A stretch of 64,000 bases of DNA from Hypanus sabinus (lineage: Eukaryota): contig NC_082711.1 in assembly GCF_030144855.1 (NCBI RefSeq), positions 74,524,001 through 74,588,000 of the forward strand, given 5' to 3'. Of this stretch, positions 39,023-52,632 are shown one piece after another. The first letter of the stretch is position 1. Every line of letters begins with the position of its first letter. A model generated the notes under the pieces. That model was not told where the DNA came from. It made no database searches and was given only the letters and a program-made list of their open reading frames with translations. The position numbers were made by a program, and so were the translations under genes.

Positions 39023-42000
39023 TGCAAAGTATGGATCTATTTATTTTAGAGCAATGACTCCCCTTGGTACTACATATGTGGTCTATGCATGTGTATTGCG
39101 CTGCTGTCTACACATGTGCATTGTTTTCTCTCCCTCTCTCTCACACTGTCTCTCACTGCAATGCGAGTACACCAGGTAAAGCCCTCTCACACATGCATGA
39201 TTTTACTTGATTCATATGTAGTTGAAAAGACACAAGAAATTGGCGAGTATAAACTTGAATGTCAGAAAATATCATGAACTACGCCAACAGTTATGGGATG
39301 ATTATGGGACAAGAGAGTGAGAGGAAAGAGTTAAACAGTACAGAGAAATCTATCCCAGATGCTAACAAAGGGACATGGGAGTGGAAGTGCATAGTACAGT
39401 GTGAAAGACATAACTAGCAAATTTAAAGTGAAGATGACATGCTGATGGCTTCAGTCAGGAAAGTTGATGAATTCAATAATGCTAATGAAGGCTGTATATC
39501 GAGAGGGTTGGACTGCATTGTAACCTGAACGATGAGGATGAACGAAAGAAAGCCCCTGCACTTCTTAGCTTAATGGGTGCTAGAACTCACAGTCTCTTAT
39601 GCAACTTAGTAACCCCTAATAAGCCAGCAAGCAAGATGTTCAATGAAATTGTTGAAGTTTTATAAAATCAGTTGAACCCTAAACTGCTGGTAATTGCTGG
39701 GAGATTTAGATTTTACAAAAGGAACCAGTCAAAGGATGAATGCATTTCTGAATACATTGCAGAACTGTGCAAACTTTCCCAGTACTGTGAATTTAGAGAT
39801 GTACTTTCTGATGCATTAAAGGAAAGGCATATATGTGGCATGCATAGTCAAAGCACCCAGAAGAGGCTACTGTCAGAAAGAGACATAACCGTAGAATGGG
39901 CATTGGCCATTACAATATCATTAGAAGCTGCAGCAAAGGATGCAGAACTGCAGAAATAGTGTTTGGAATATGAAATGCACGAGGTGACCTTAAATGATGC
40001 AAAAAGACAAAAATATTATCGATGTAACAAATCCTCCTATGATGCAAATAACTGTTGGTTCAAAGAAAAAGTTTGCAGGAAGTGTCACAAACAAGGCCAA
40101 ACAGAGAGATTGTGCAAGGCAGAGTAACCACAGAGTGAAAAGTTTCAAGCATGAAACCAAACAACTGCATAAAGTGATCAAATGTGAAACACGACGTCTG
40201 ACAAATGTGAGCTGTCATGTCTAGATCTGCATAGTATTACCGAAGTAGATCACAAAATCATCTGGATCACAATACAACATATGGTATGAATGGAGCTGGA
40301 TACAGGGTCAGCTTTGTCTATAATCTTAGAGGCTGACTACAGCAGACAGTTTTCTAAGCTACCACTGGAATAAACCTCAGCGATGCTAAAGACTTACACA
40401 GGCAAAACAGTGTCTCGCAAAGGCAAATTGAAGGTGCATATGGAGGCCAAATACAACAGTTAGAGATTTATGTGTTGAAAAGTGTAGGGCCAGCATGTCT
40501 TGGATGAGAATGGTTTGGAAAAATCCAACTAGACTAGTACACAATCAAAGTTCTCAATGTGTCATCAGCAGACAACTGCAGCTCAAATTGTAGCACTAAC
40601 CAGAGACTGTTACAGCAGCTTAATGCTAATAAGAAGGTGTTTGAGAAGGATACTGGTAAACTCAAAGACATGAAGGCCAGAATTGCATTAAACGAAGCAG
40701 CAACACCAAGATTCCATAAAATACGTCCAGTGTCTTACGCACTACATCCTAAAGTGGAAGTTAAGTTTCAGAGCTTGGAGCATCTGGAATTCTCCGCAAG
40801 GTGGAGTTGGGTGATGGAGCTATATCCATTGTCCTGGTGATCGAGAAGGGGAAGGCTGGAGCTTTTGTCATGTGTGGGGATTTCAAAGTGAGCATCAGCC
40901 CTGTGATGCATACTGTGCAGTATCGCCTGCCACTAATAGGAGACATTTTTACATTTTTGGCAGGCGGACAGAAGTTTTCAAAGATTGACTTGTCACAAGC
41001 CTAACTGCAAATAGAGATTGAGGAGTCATTCAGGGAGTTCCTCGCAATCAACACTTACAAGAGACTGTTTCAGTGTAATCATCTCATCTTTATGTCACAA
41101 TTTGGCAAAGAGCAAGGGACCAAGTGCTCCAAGATATCCCAGGATCACAATGATACCTTGATGGCGTCATCGTGACTGGCAAAACTGATGAACAGAACCT
41201 CCAGAACCTCGGTAAAGTGTTCACCAGGCTGAGTGAGTATGGTCTGTGTGCAAAGAGAGAGAAATATGAGTTGCTTCAAGAATGAAATCTCATGTTGTGG
41301 ATATGACATTGACAAGCATGACTTACATAATTCACAAGAGAAGACTGAAGCAGTGCTGCAGGCACCCAAACCGGAAAATGTGTCACAACTCAGGTCATGG
41401 GCCTTGTAAACTATCACTAGTTTCTCCCAAACTTAGCTACAATGCTGCACCCAGTTGCAAAGTGGGACAAAGTGGAAATAGTCAGAAAGATGTGAAAAAG
41501 CATTCAATGAAACTAAATGACTAACAACATCCAATGAACTGCTCACCCATTATGACCATCTCTGCCTTTAAGACTGGTGTGTGATGTGTTCCCTTATGGC
41601 ATTCAAGCCATTTTGTCACACACTATGAAAGATGGATCTGAACACCTGATTGTGTTTGCTTCAAGATCACTGATGATGCAGAATACAACTATGCACAGAT
41701 TGACAGAGAGGCTCTGTATCAGGAATGGAGAGGTTCCAACACTACCTCTGCGGACAAAGGTTTATGCTAGTGACTGATCACCAGCACCTTGTGTCCATTT
41801 TCGACCCCAGGAAGGGAATTCCCATGAGGACTGCTATTCAGTTACAATATTGAGCACTGTTCGTGGAGCCCACTCTTATAACACAGTGTTCAAGGGTACC
41901 AAACAACACAGCAATGCTAATGGCTTGTCACATATTCTAATACTGACAACTGAAGAAGAAAAGTCTTCATACTGTGTCCCAGCAGATATGTTCCATACAA

Positions 42001-43223
42001 CATTGGTGGAAACAAATTCTGAAATACAAAGAGAAAGAAGGAATGACCCAACATTGTCAAAGTCTATGATGTCACCATGCAAGGATGATCAGCTCACGGT
42101 ATTCTATGCTTCCAGAGTTCTCGGTGAGATGAGACCAGTTGTCAGTATGTCAGAATGCTGATGCATAGGTCTCGTATTAAGGTTCTCTCTAAACTGTGCA
42201 CCAGAGTGTTAGAAAATCTGCATGAAGTACATCAGGGTACAGTCAAGATGAAGAGTTTTGCCTGGAGTTATGTGTGGTGGCCAAAAAAAAAGATAAACAG
42301 ATCAAAGATTTGACCAAAAGCTGATCAGAATACCAAAAAGTTCAAAATGCACCCCCACCGGCACTGTTACACCCATGGGAGTAGCTATCGTCACCATGGC
42401 AAATAGTAGATATTGACTCCATGTTTCCTATTGTTGTGGATGCTCATTCGAGGTGGCCAGAGGTTATATCACCACAGAAAATTTTTTTCTCTCCTTTGAG
42501 GATTATCTTCGCCAAAAACTTCTTACCAGAACAAATTGTAAATGACAATGGATCACAATACATGTCAGAATAATTCAGACTATTCATGAAGTAACATGGC
42601 ATCAGACGTTTCAGGTCAGCTTCTTACCACCCAGCAATGAATGGGTTAGCTGAAGGTTTACCCAAACCTTCAAGAAATGTGGATCAGATACTGGATGCAC
42701 AACTGAAGGACACACTTAAGCTGACTGCATTCGATGATTCAGATGCTTTACAGCACTGAATTTATCTCTCAGTGATGATCATGTCACTGACAGCAGCAAG
42801 GCACCGGCAACCAAGAAAGTTATCTTTGACCAGACGTCTGCCAAACCTGAAGCGATTCCACAGGTCCAGAAGTGTTGTCCTGAAAGAAACAGAGTGCTAT
42901 CCAAAAGTTTTTAGTATAGTGAAATTAGGTATGGACTGTTTTTGTGAAAGCACGTTTATCTGAATATGGCTTGTAAAAGGGAAATTGAATGTACATATAC
43001 AGTTTTACGCTACATTAATCTAAAGGGAGAGGAAGTGTAATGTATGGAACTATTTCTTTTAAAGTAATGACTCGCCTTAGACTATGTGTAGATTGTTGTC
43101 TACACATGCACATTGTTCTCCCACTCTCTTGATCTCTCTCTCTCTCTCCTTCTCTCACTGCAATGTGAATACACCAGTTAAAGCCACTTCCTGCATGCGT
43201 GCTTTTATTTAATTGCAATGTAG
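39023..43223 (+). mobile_element. Near-complete decayed Mag-like Gypsy LTR retrotransposon
   Basis: 5' LTR 39023-39237, PBS-like tggcga (39241), gag (RFRFYKRNQ...EYIAEL...CEF), protease gagctggatacagggtcagct (ELDTGSA), RT CGDFKV/QYRLPLI/FSKIDLSQA, RNase H, integrase (tatgtgtggtggcca; gacaatgga), PPT aaagggagaggaag, 3' LTR 43036-43223. Confidence 0.93.
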
Positions 43224-43317
43224 TAAAGTTATTATAGTAATTGCAAGGTGCTCAGTTTTTCAGTTGCTATAGTTAATTGAACACACTAGGGTGTGCAACC
43301 ATGAAAGGAGATGAAAC

Positions 43318-46188
43318 TGTAGGGTATTGCAATGGGTGACAGGGGCCACATACTGTTCATATTAGAAAGTGTTCTACATAATTCACAAACACCATAATTG
43401 AGATGTGCTTTAAGAGACAGTGTTGGATGTAATGACATCACTGTAAGGCGACTGCTTTTGGTTTGTTCGTAATGAAAGTAAAGGGATGCAGTGTTTATTA
43501 AGTGCATAAAATAAGTCTCACATAATTTATTCACAAAATCCTACATTGGTGACCCTTATGCTTCTAGATGATTCCAGAATTACTCAACGGCCCATTGACC
43601 AAAGCAATCGCTTTGAAGCTGTCGGAGTTTTGGAAGCAGCATAGTTTGCACAGGCAGTTAATCATCATGAACATTACCAAATTTTACTACATCGCAGCAT
43701 TGCTCTCCTTGCCTGGTCTCAGTGACTTTATGTCTTCAGAACTACATACTATATCTCCTGGGAAATTACCATCCTTGTTTTATTTTTTAAGAGCTCTTTA
43801 TGCAACAAATGTCTGATCATCCAGCCCTCACAAATACACCTTGAAGGACTTTAGGGAGCCAATAGTCTACACTCAGCCTGCCAGACAGACCGCCATGCAG
43901 CTTTGACAGTTCCATTACATCGGGACATCATACAACTGTGGGTTTCATCTGTCAGGGCTGTTCATTACGGACGTACTTTCAGGACGACACATCTTGTGTG
44001 ATGCAAGGACTCAAGAGAGCATGTATCGGCCATTGATTATAAGACAAAGAGCAATGGACGCTTGCTTGAGTCTGCCGACGGCAGCAGGATCTGGACTCAA
44101 GGGACACAATGCCTTAATGAGGCCACCACCCCAATTATTACCCAGTCCCACATATTCAGGACTTTTTAGCACCTTTGTTCCTCTGGCTGCAGTGGAACTA
44201 CTTTGTAATGCACCGATGTAGTAAAATTTGGTATTGTCTGTGGTGATTTCTCACAGCACGATCTGAGCTTCTACTTGTATAAATCACGCAGTAACATGCT
44301 GCATCCAAAACTCCATATTCCTGATCATCTTTACTTATATTTGGCCACCAGTAATGTCTCTTGATGAATTCTGTGGTGCGAGCCACTCCTGGATGCCCAG
44401 CCCCAGTTGAGCACCTCTGAGTGAACAGGTTTGGGAACAATGATACATCCATGAAGACCATTACCCAGGTGTCCCCCATACAGTTTTTGGGCTCAGCACA
44501 CTAACAAGTCTATGTTCCTGCAGATGGGTGTCTCTATTCTAGAGCTGGGAATTATAGTTAAAGGATTGCGTTCCCCGTTATGCACTTTGAACTGTTGAGC
44601 AAGGTCATCTGACATTGATTTTCTTGATCTTGGGTGGTAAGTAATAAGGAAGTTGAACCTATTAAAGAACAGGGACCAACATGCCTGCCTGAAACTCAGC
44701 CTCTTCACATCATCAATGTGAATTAGGTTGTAGGTGCTATGGAGGTCCAATTTGGAATATATTGTACACCAAATTTCAAAGGCTGTGTTCATGAAAGGTA
44801 GAGCTTACCAATTTTAATAGTTATCTTATCTAGTCCCCTATATCTATGCACAACCTATTCTGCCATCCTTCTTGGTGACAAAGAAAAATTCAGCTGCAGC
44901 AGGAGATATGAACAGTTGTATAGATCTAGATAACAGAGCTTCTTGGACATAATCCTGCATGGCTTTTGTCTCTGGGGCTAATAGAAACTAGAACATCCCT
45001 GAGGAGGACAAGTACCCGATAGCAGATTGTTGGCACAGTCATGGTCCTGGTGAGGTGGTGGAGTGGTGGGTTATTTCTTGCTGGAGATTTCCAGCAGGTC
45101 TGAATATTCTGGAGGTAATCTAGAAAATTCAGATGCACTGGGGTTAGAGGTGAAAGATTTAACAGGTAATTTGGGAGGCATGTCAGAAGTAGACTCTGAT
45201 ATACTCTTAAAAGTAGCCTTAGAGATCGTCTCAGAGGTAGTCTGGGAAGGAAACTCGAGATATTTTGGGAAGTAAATCAGAAGGTGTTTGAGGCCCCTTT
45301 TGAAGGTATTTATTTTTGCATTAGTTTGGCCCGCTCAGAATAATGCTAATAATCTAATTATCTCTTGGGTTGTAGAAATACTCAGAATGAGTGGCATTTC
45401 TGGGGAGCAAATGAGATGGAGCTGGATTGATTCCACATACTGGCCAATATTGAGCTTGAGTGGAGATGTTTGGTGGTTAATCTGCACTGGCACCAGATGT
45501 CTCTCATCCAGGGCCATGGCAATGAGTCACTGGTTGAGATGTGAAAAAGGGATTTTCAATCTTCTGGCCTGTCTGAGTTCCAAAATATTCCCTGCTGCAC
45601 CAGTGTCAACAAAGGTATCTAGGAAATGCTTTTGTTCTCCCCATGTAAATGACATTGGGAACACCATTCCAGAGGGAGCTGAATAAGGAATGAGGCTGCT
45701 AACTATCACAGTCCTTCCTACATTGGACAGTTCCAAGAATTTCCCAACAGCTTAGGAAAGGAGGTCCAACCATGACGGCCTCTTCACAGTAAATGTGGTA
45801 CCTCTCTCTTTCAGCTCAAGAGAGCCTGATCAGGCCTATTTGTATAGGCTTCTCAGAGGTTGGGATCAGAGGTGGTTGGGGAGGGTTACCTGCCCAGAGA
45901 ATAGGAGAGGACGGAGGATACTCATAGGGACAGTCTCTTTGGAATAATCTTCTTTGTCTGTACCCTCTCCTTTCCATTAATCGGTTAACGAATCAAATCA
46001 CCAGGTTCTACATAATTCACAAACATCATCATTGAGTTATTGTGTTTACTTTAGGAGACAATGTCTGACATCATGATGTCAGGGTAAGGCAACGGTGACT
46101 GCTTGTCGTTTGTTCATAATGAAAGTAAAGGGCTGCAGCTTTTGTTAAGCACATAAAATGACTCTCACATGCTTTACAAAATCCTGCA
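43318..46188 (+). mobile_element. CsRN1-like Gypsy element with most of pol missing and replaced by a foreign inverted segment
   Basis: 5' LTR 43318-43545 (tgt...aca), PBS tggtgaccc (tRNA-Trp type), gag ALKLSEFW, RT start tacccagtcccacatattcaggac (YPVPHIQD), partial 3' LTR 46004-46188; flanks aaac/atac. Confidence 0.85.
44172..46003 (-). mobile_element. Sushi/chromovirus-like Gypsy internal fragment without LTRs
   Basis: Protease FVDTGAAGNI, RT KLDLHSTYNLIHI, RNase H RQACWSLFFNRFNFLITYHP, integrase zinc finger GHPGVARTTEFIKRHYWWP. Confidence 0.88.
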
Positions 46189-46429
46189 ATACTACTTGTC
46201 CCAGAATCCTTCTCACAGGGCAGTGGACTTCATGAGGAATTATGTATGGTTCTGGGAAATATGACAGTCATCATCAGGAATTGTCTTATGGAAATTGAGA
46301 GAGTGGAACTCCGACCTATTCCTAAAAAGGTCCTCATTGAGCTCTCACAAGTGAATGAATGCAGTCACTGGAGATCTGCACTTTTCTTATTTCCCTGCAT
46401 TGCCACTAATTTTCCCCTAGATTTGACTA

Positions 46430-46635
46430 TTCAACTATCCACCAGGCACAATTTACAGTGGACAATTAAGCTATTAACCTACATGTCTTTGGAATGGGGG
46501 AGGAAATCAGAGCACCTGAAAGACATACACATAGTCAGAAGGAAAACGTGCAAAGGGCACTGAACAGCACCCGAGGTCAGACTCAAACTCAGGTGTGTGA
46601 CATTGTGAGGCAGGTACTTTACTAGTGCCACACTT
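46430..46635 (-). mobile_element. V-SINE
   Basis: caatttacagtggacaattaa...catgtctttggaatgggggaggaaatcagagcacc...aacgtgcaaa. Confidence 0.8.
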
Positions 46636-47887
46636 TACATTAGAATAAAATGCATGTAATTTTTTCAAACAAAGCCAATTTCCTATGCAATAGGAAGTTG
46701 ATTAATCAGATAGTTAGATTTTCATTGCTATTGCAATTCCAGTCTGTTTTTCACTTCAAAGAACATTCTCTGAAAATAGCTTTAGGCTCCACTGTCACTT
46801 AGGTTTGATGGGAAATACGTCCACATACTTCTCGAGATTTGAAAGACATATTAATCCACTTGAATGAATTTAGAATTCATCATCTAAATGCGTAGGCTTT
46901 CCAGCAAAAGAATAGGGGATTCTTTCTGAATTCATCTCAGCATTTAAAATGTAAGATATGGAAACAGAGGCAGCATCTTAATACACTATTTTAATGAATT
47001 ATTACAGAATAGCAGCTCCTCACAGGTATCACAGATAGATACATTGCAAGGACATAAGACTTAGCACTTTGTTTTCTTCAGGAACCAAAGATAAATATTA
47101 AAGATGCTCAAACACAGACAAAAGGCCATATGCCAGTTCAATACCATAACATAAATGATATGACATCCAAAGGATCCGGTTACTTACAGCCTTTGGACTT
47201 ATGTAACTGTACTAAATAAAGTGTTTATCAGGAGATGGGGCAAAATTAGTGGTATTTAACTTACTCATTCAGATTATAACTTTATAACTTGCAAATGAAC
47301 CTTAAGGTGAGACTGATTATCTGTGCTCATAGAAGCAATTTCTCATGGCAAATAATGAACATGATTGGAGCTAAATTTTAGATAGCCATTATAACTATCT
47401 GTATATTACAGAGAATAAATCATAAAGTTTGAGTGAACTAAATTGCCATTCCAGTGTACGATTTTCCTGATGTAACATGGTAATACGGCCAGAATTCTGT
47501 TAAACTGGTGTAAGAACCATGAGAAACTGCATCCTCAGAATGGGTTAAACTTCTTTAGGCCCAATGATGAAAACTTTCAAGTATAGTCTCTGTAAGAAGA
47601 TAACATAATCCAGCACAATCCTATATCCCTTGATTTCCTTGCTATCTGTTCTGACGAATATAATAAGTGAGACTTCACAGCCCTCTGGGACAGAGAATTA
47701 CAAGGGTACACTATTGTTGACATGAAAAAATTCCAAGTCCTCTCAATAATCCCTTACTCTGAAACTAAACCCATAAACATTACACCCTTCTGCTAAAACT
47801 GTGCCCAGTGACCCCAGACTCCTTTGCCAATTGAAACATTTTTCTTGTATCAACCCCTTAGGGAACTGTGTATATTTCAAAGAGATC

Positions 47888-49800
47888 TCAGAATCACATT
47901 TGATATCACCAGCATATATTGTGAAATTTGTTGACTTAACACTAGCAGTACAGCACAATACATGATAATATAGAAAAATAAATAAATAAATCAAGTGCTG
48001 TATACACAGACACACACACAAATTGAATTAAAAATAGTGCAAAACCAAAAATAATAAAAAAAAAGGGAGTTAGTGTTCATGGGTTCAATGTCCATTTTAA
48101 ATCGTATGGTGGTGGGGGAGAAGCTGTTTCTGAACCATTGAGTGTGTGCCTTCAGGCTTCTTCCTGATGATAACAATGAGAAGAGGGCATGTACTGATTG
48201 GTAGGGGTTCTCACTAATAGATGCTGCCTTTCTGAGGCACTGCTCCTTGAAAATGTCTTGGATGCTATGGAAGCTGGTTGCCATGATGGAGGTGACTTAT
48301 TTTATAACTCTCCGTAGATCCTTTCGATCCTATGCAGTAGCTACCCCCCTATCAGACAGTGATGCAGCCTTTCAGAATGTTGTCCACAGTACATTTGTAG
48401 AAGTTTTCAAGGGTGTTCGGTGAAAAATCAAATCTCCTTAAACTCTGAATAAAATATAGCCGCTGTCTTGCCTTCTTTATAGCTGCACCAATATGTTGGG
48501 ACCAGTTTAGATCCTTACTGATGCTGAGTGTAAGGTTATTGCTGTGACATCACTCAACTAGCTGGTATATCTCACTCCTGTACACCACTTTTTCTCCACC
48601 TGAGATTCTACCAACAATGGTCGTATCATCAGCAAATTTATAGATGGTGGTTGAGCTAAGCCTAGCCACACAGTCATGGGTATAGAGAGAGTAGAGCAGT
48701 GGGCTCAGCACGCATCCCTGCGGTGCGACACTGTTAAACATCAGAGAGGTGGAGATGCCGTTACCAATCCACACAAATTGTGGTCTTCTGGTTAGGAAGT
48801 TGAGGATCCAATTGCAGGGGGAGCTGGAGAGACCCAGGTTCTGAAGCTTTTCAGTCAGGACTGTGGGAATAATGGTGTTAAATAATGGAGCTATAGTCAA
48901 TGAATAGCATCCTGAAGTAAGTGTTTATGTTGTCCAGGTGATCCAAGGCCGCATGAAGAAACATTGAGATTGTGTCTGCCATAGACATATTGTGGAGATA
49001 GGCAGATTACAGTGGGTACCCATCCTTGCTGAGGCAAGAGTTGATTCTAGTCTTTCCTAAATGTAGGCATAGAATAGCATGGCAAGCATTCTTGATGGTG
49101 CTGTAACATTGGTCCAGTCTGTTGCTTCCTCTAACATTGGAAGAGATCTATTGATAATTATTTAGTGACTTTTTCAGGCAGGCCCAGTTAAAGTATCCCA
49201 AAATGATAGTGAAGGCATCAGGGTGTGCTGTTTCGTGCACATTGATCCCATTGCTCACATCATCTAGAGCTCGTTTGATGTTGGCCTGAGGAGGAATGTA
49301 CACTACTACCAAAATGATCGCTGAAATCTCCCATGGCAGGTAAAATGGCCGACACTTCATTGCAAGATGTTCCATGTCTGGTGAGCAGAATTGAGCCAAC
49401 ACTGATACATTTGTGCACCAAGCAGAGTTGATCAGGAGGTATATCCGTCCACCTCTGCTTCTAAGAGACTCTACAGTCTGATCCTGGTGGTATATAGTGA
49501 ACCCGTCAATCTGAATTGCTGCATTTGGCATGGAAAGGGTTAAGCAAGACTCCATGAAACAAAGGACACAAATGGTCCTAATGTCCCTCTGTACAGTTCC
49601 CTAGCTCTGTGATCTTCAATTTTATTTTCCAGAGACTGTACGTTTGCCAGCAAGATAGTCAGTATTAGGAATTGTAAACCTCATTTTTTTTAAAAATGCA
49701 CTAGTAGCCCATAGCGTCAGCCTTGGTTCCACTGAGGAGGCCTCCTTTTGAGGATGGTACAGCCACAATCGGCATTATTTCTATCAGTTTTAAGCAGTGA
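47888..49800 (-). mobile_element. Rex1/Babar LINE with internal deletions
   Basis: EN ORF 49148-49555 (VVVYIPPQAN, ILGYFN), RT ORF 48550-48900 ([26 protein letters not shown]), C-terminal SVHALFSLLSSGR. Confidence 0.92.
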
Positions 49801-49809
49801 TTGATTGTT

Positions 49810-51260
49810 CAATCATATTAGAACATGAATACAGCCAAATGAAACATCATTCCTCCAGGGCCAAGGTACAGAACACAGTACCAACCATCATACACAACAT
49901 ATACAGTACTTATCAGGTAGCATTAAACATACATTCACACACAGCCCATCTCCCTTAGAGACACGACCTGTAAATTGATGGTGTTGTTACTAAGAACAAG
50001 CAATTCTCAACAGTCCACAGTCAAACAGATGGCAGAATATAGTATTAATGGTAAGACTCTTGGCAGTGTGGAGGATCAGAGGGATCTTGGGGTCCGAGTT
50101 CATAGGACACTCAAAGCTGCTGCGCAGGTTGACCGTGTGGTTAAGAAGGCATACGGTGCATTGGCCTTCAGCAAACTTGGGATTGAGTTTAAGAGCCGAG
50201 AGGTAATGTTGCATCTATACAGGACCCTGGTCAGAACCCACTTGGAGTACTGTGTTCAGTTCTGGTCACCTCTCTACAGGAAGAATGTGGAAACTATAGC
50301 AAGGGTGCAGAGGAAACTTACAGGGATGTTGCCTGGATTGGGGAGCATGCCTTATGAGAATAGGTGGAGTGAACTAGGCCTTTTCCCCTTGAATCAACAG
50401 AGGATGAGAGGTGACCTGAAAGAGGTGTACAAAATGATGAGAGGCATTGATCGTGTGGATAGTCAGAGGCCTTTTCCCAGGGCTGGAATGGCTAGCGTGA
50501 GAGGGCACAGTTTTAAGGTGCTTGGAAGTAGGTACAGAGGAGATGTCAGGGGTAAGTATTTTTTTTACGCAGAAAGTGGTGAGTGTGTGGAATGGGCTGC
50601 CGGTGACGGTGGTGGAGATGGATATGACAAATTCTTTTAAGAGCCTCCATAGAGCTTAGAAAAATAGAGAGCTATGGGTTATCCCAGCTAATTTCTAAGG
50701 TAAGGATATGTTCAGCACAGCTTCATGGGCCAATGGGCCTGTATTGTGCTGTAGGTTTTCTATGTAGCTTGTCTTTCACCGAGTGAACACTGGTGGCCAG
50801 CCCCCAAATCCAGCAAGGACGCCGCACCATACTGCCTCCGGTGTCCCCTCCTGGTGTACTGCAATAGGCAAGCCCTCAGCATAAGGCCTGGTCCTTGTTA
50901 AAACTGAGCGACACAACTCCCTTGTCATCGATCTTGATACTAAACCAGTGAGCCGGACTTGCAGTATTTCACATTACCAATGCAGCATTCACAAGAAAAA
51001 TATCCAAGGCAATCACTCGCTGTTTGGCTGCACAACACTTCTGCGCACTGACTCTGAAGCCTTTCTGTAGCAGGCAGCATCACAGTCCGCTCCAAGTCCA
51101 GCTCCGCCGCCAATAGGCAACTCTCTGATGGGTAAACCTATGGTGTTTGATGCTCTTAATGTCCAGCAGTTTGCTGCAATCATAAAAAGATGTTTAAAAA
51201 GACAAAACTACCTTTAATTAGGTCTGGAGTGGTTGCTGCATCAGAGTGCACTGCAATATG
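49810..51260 (-). repeat. Unclassified interspersed repeat split by a CR1 insertion
   Basis: CpG-richer flanks at 49810-50025 and 50765-51260 contrast with background; family not identified. Confidence 0.35.
50028..50764 (+). mobile_element. CR1 LINE 3' fragment
   Basis: ORF 49975-50640 QRDLGVRVH...LYRTLVRTHLEYCVQFWSP...MRGDLKEVYK; tail gctgtaggttttctatg. Confidence 0.95.
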
Positions 51261-52632
51261 CAGTTCCATAGTTGATGATACACTGCCTAGATTTGAGGTA
51301 GCATTCATTATCCTTTGTCAAGACAACAATATATTAAAGCATCACGGTCTTTCATATTTAATTCCTGATGTGAGCTTTAGTAAATTGTAGTTTCCATGAA
51401 TTTCCTGTACAGCCACATGATTCCCTCTCATCCCTGCCATTCCATCACTAACATTTCCAATTCAGTGTTAGAAAATGTAATCCTTTCTTGGCAATATTGT
51501 GTCAATATCCAATCCCTTAACATCAGATTGCCTGCAAGGACATGCTGCAGATTCCTTAGATTGCTCCTCAAAGAGCTGCAAACTCATTTGAAGTTGTGGT
51601 GGGCAGACACAATGTTAGCTTGGTAAAGTGCAGACTTTCAGAAATATTGTTGGAGCTGACTGCTGACTGCATCTGTTCATAATAATATGCAGCTCAACAT
51701 TGGCAGGAGCAATGGGAGCAAGTTAATTCCACATTGCAATCCTGCCATCTGCTTCTTGGGGTTATTTAATTTAACTTCTCTTAATGTCTCTAAATGCCAG
51801 TCTGATACTTGTAATCATATCAGGTCAAGAAGAAGCTCCATTTAAGGTGCAAAGGTGCAACACTTGAACACATGGTAATTTGGTAAAGCTTTGCATTTCA
51901 ATAAGCAGAACAGAAAGTGATATGCCTATCGAAACAGGGAAGTTTAATTGTCATTATCAAATTGCCTGCTGATTTCCATGCACACTGAGCATGTGGTCCA
52001 CCAAAAGGAAGTTAATTAAGGAACTTTGTTTCTCCTTAATAAGCTTTGCTGGTAATTTTTGAAAGCAGCTCCTGTGCTGCCATTGTATAAACACATTACT
52101 GGTATGCCAAGAAATCTTCAGTAAAATTGAATGCATTACCTGGTCTCATTGGTAGGTTAAAGTGCCAAATGCATAGCACAGCCATCATTTGTATCAATGT
52201 ATTCACTAAAAAAGTCCTTCTCTTTCACCTACAGTTTGCAGTGATCTGATGTTGTCCTCATTTTAACGCACTCTATACAGTCCAATGATTTCTTGTACTG
52301 CAAGATCAACCTGCACAGTTCTTTTTAAAAGAACAAACAGGAACACATAAAACAAACACATGTGTAGAGTTGAACAAGGAGGAAAATAAACAACTGTAAC
52401 AGAATGGGAGGTTTAGGTTCTGACAGTAGAATTCAGCAGCCACATGAAATGATAGTTAAGTATCTTAAAAAATAAACTGGTTGCCATATTATTATTAGAG
52501 TATTGTGCTCTATGTGTTACCCTTATTGCAATGGCAACTAGCATCACGTATCGACTGAATCATTGAGGAATTTACAGAGCTGTGATGATGCATCTATCTT
52601 CTTTGTTTCTCCCTCTCTATTTCATTCTGTAT

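Noticed and set aside
44198-45736. RTL1/PEG10-like domesticated gene
   Set aside because: Fragmented by frameshifts and deletions; ordinary Sushi-like remnant
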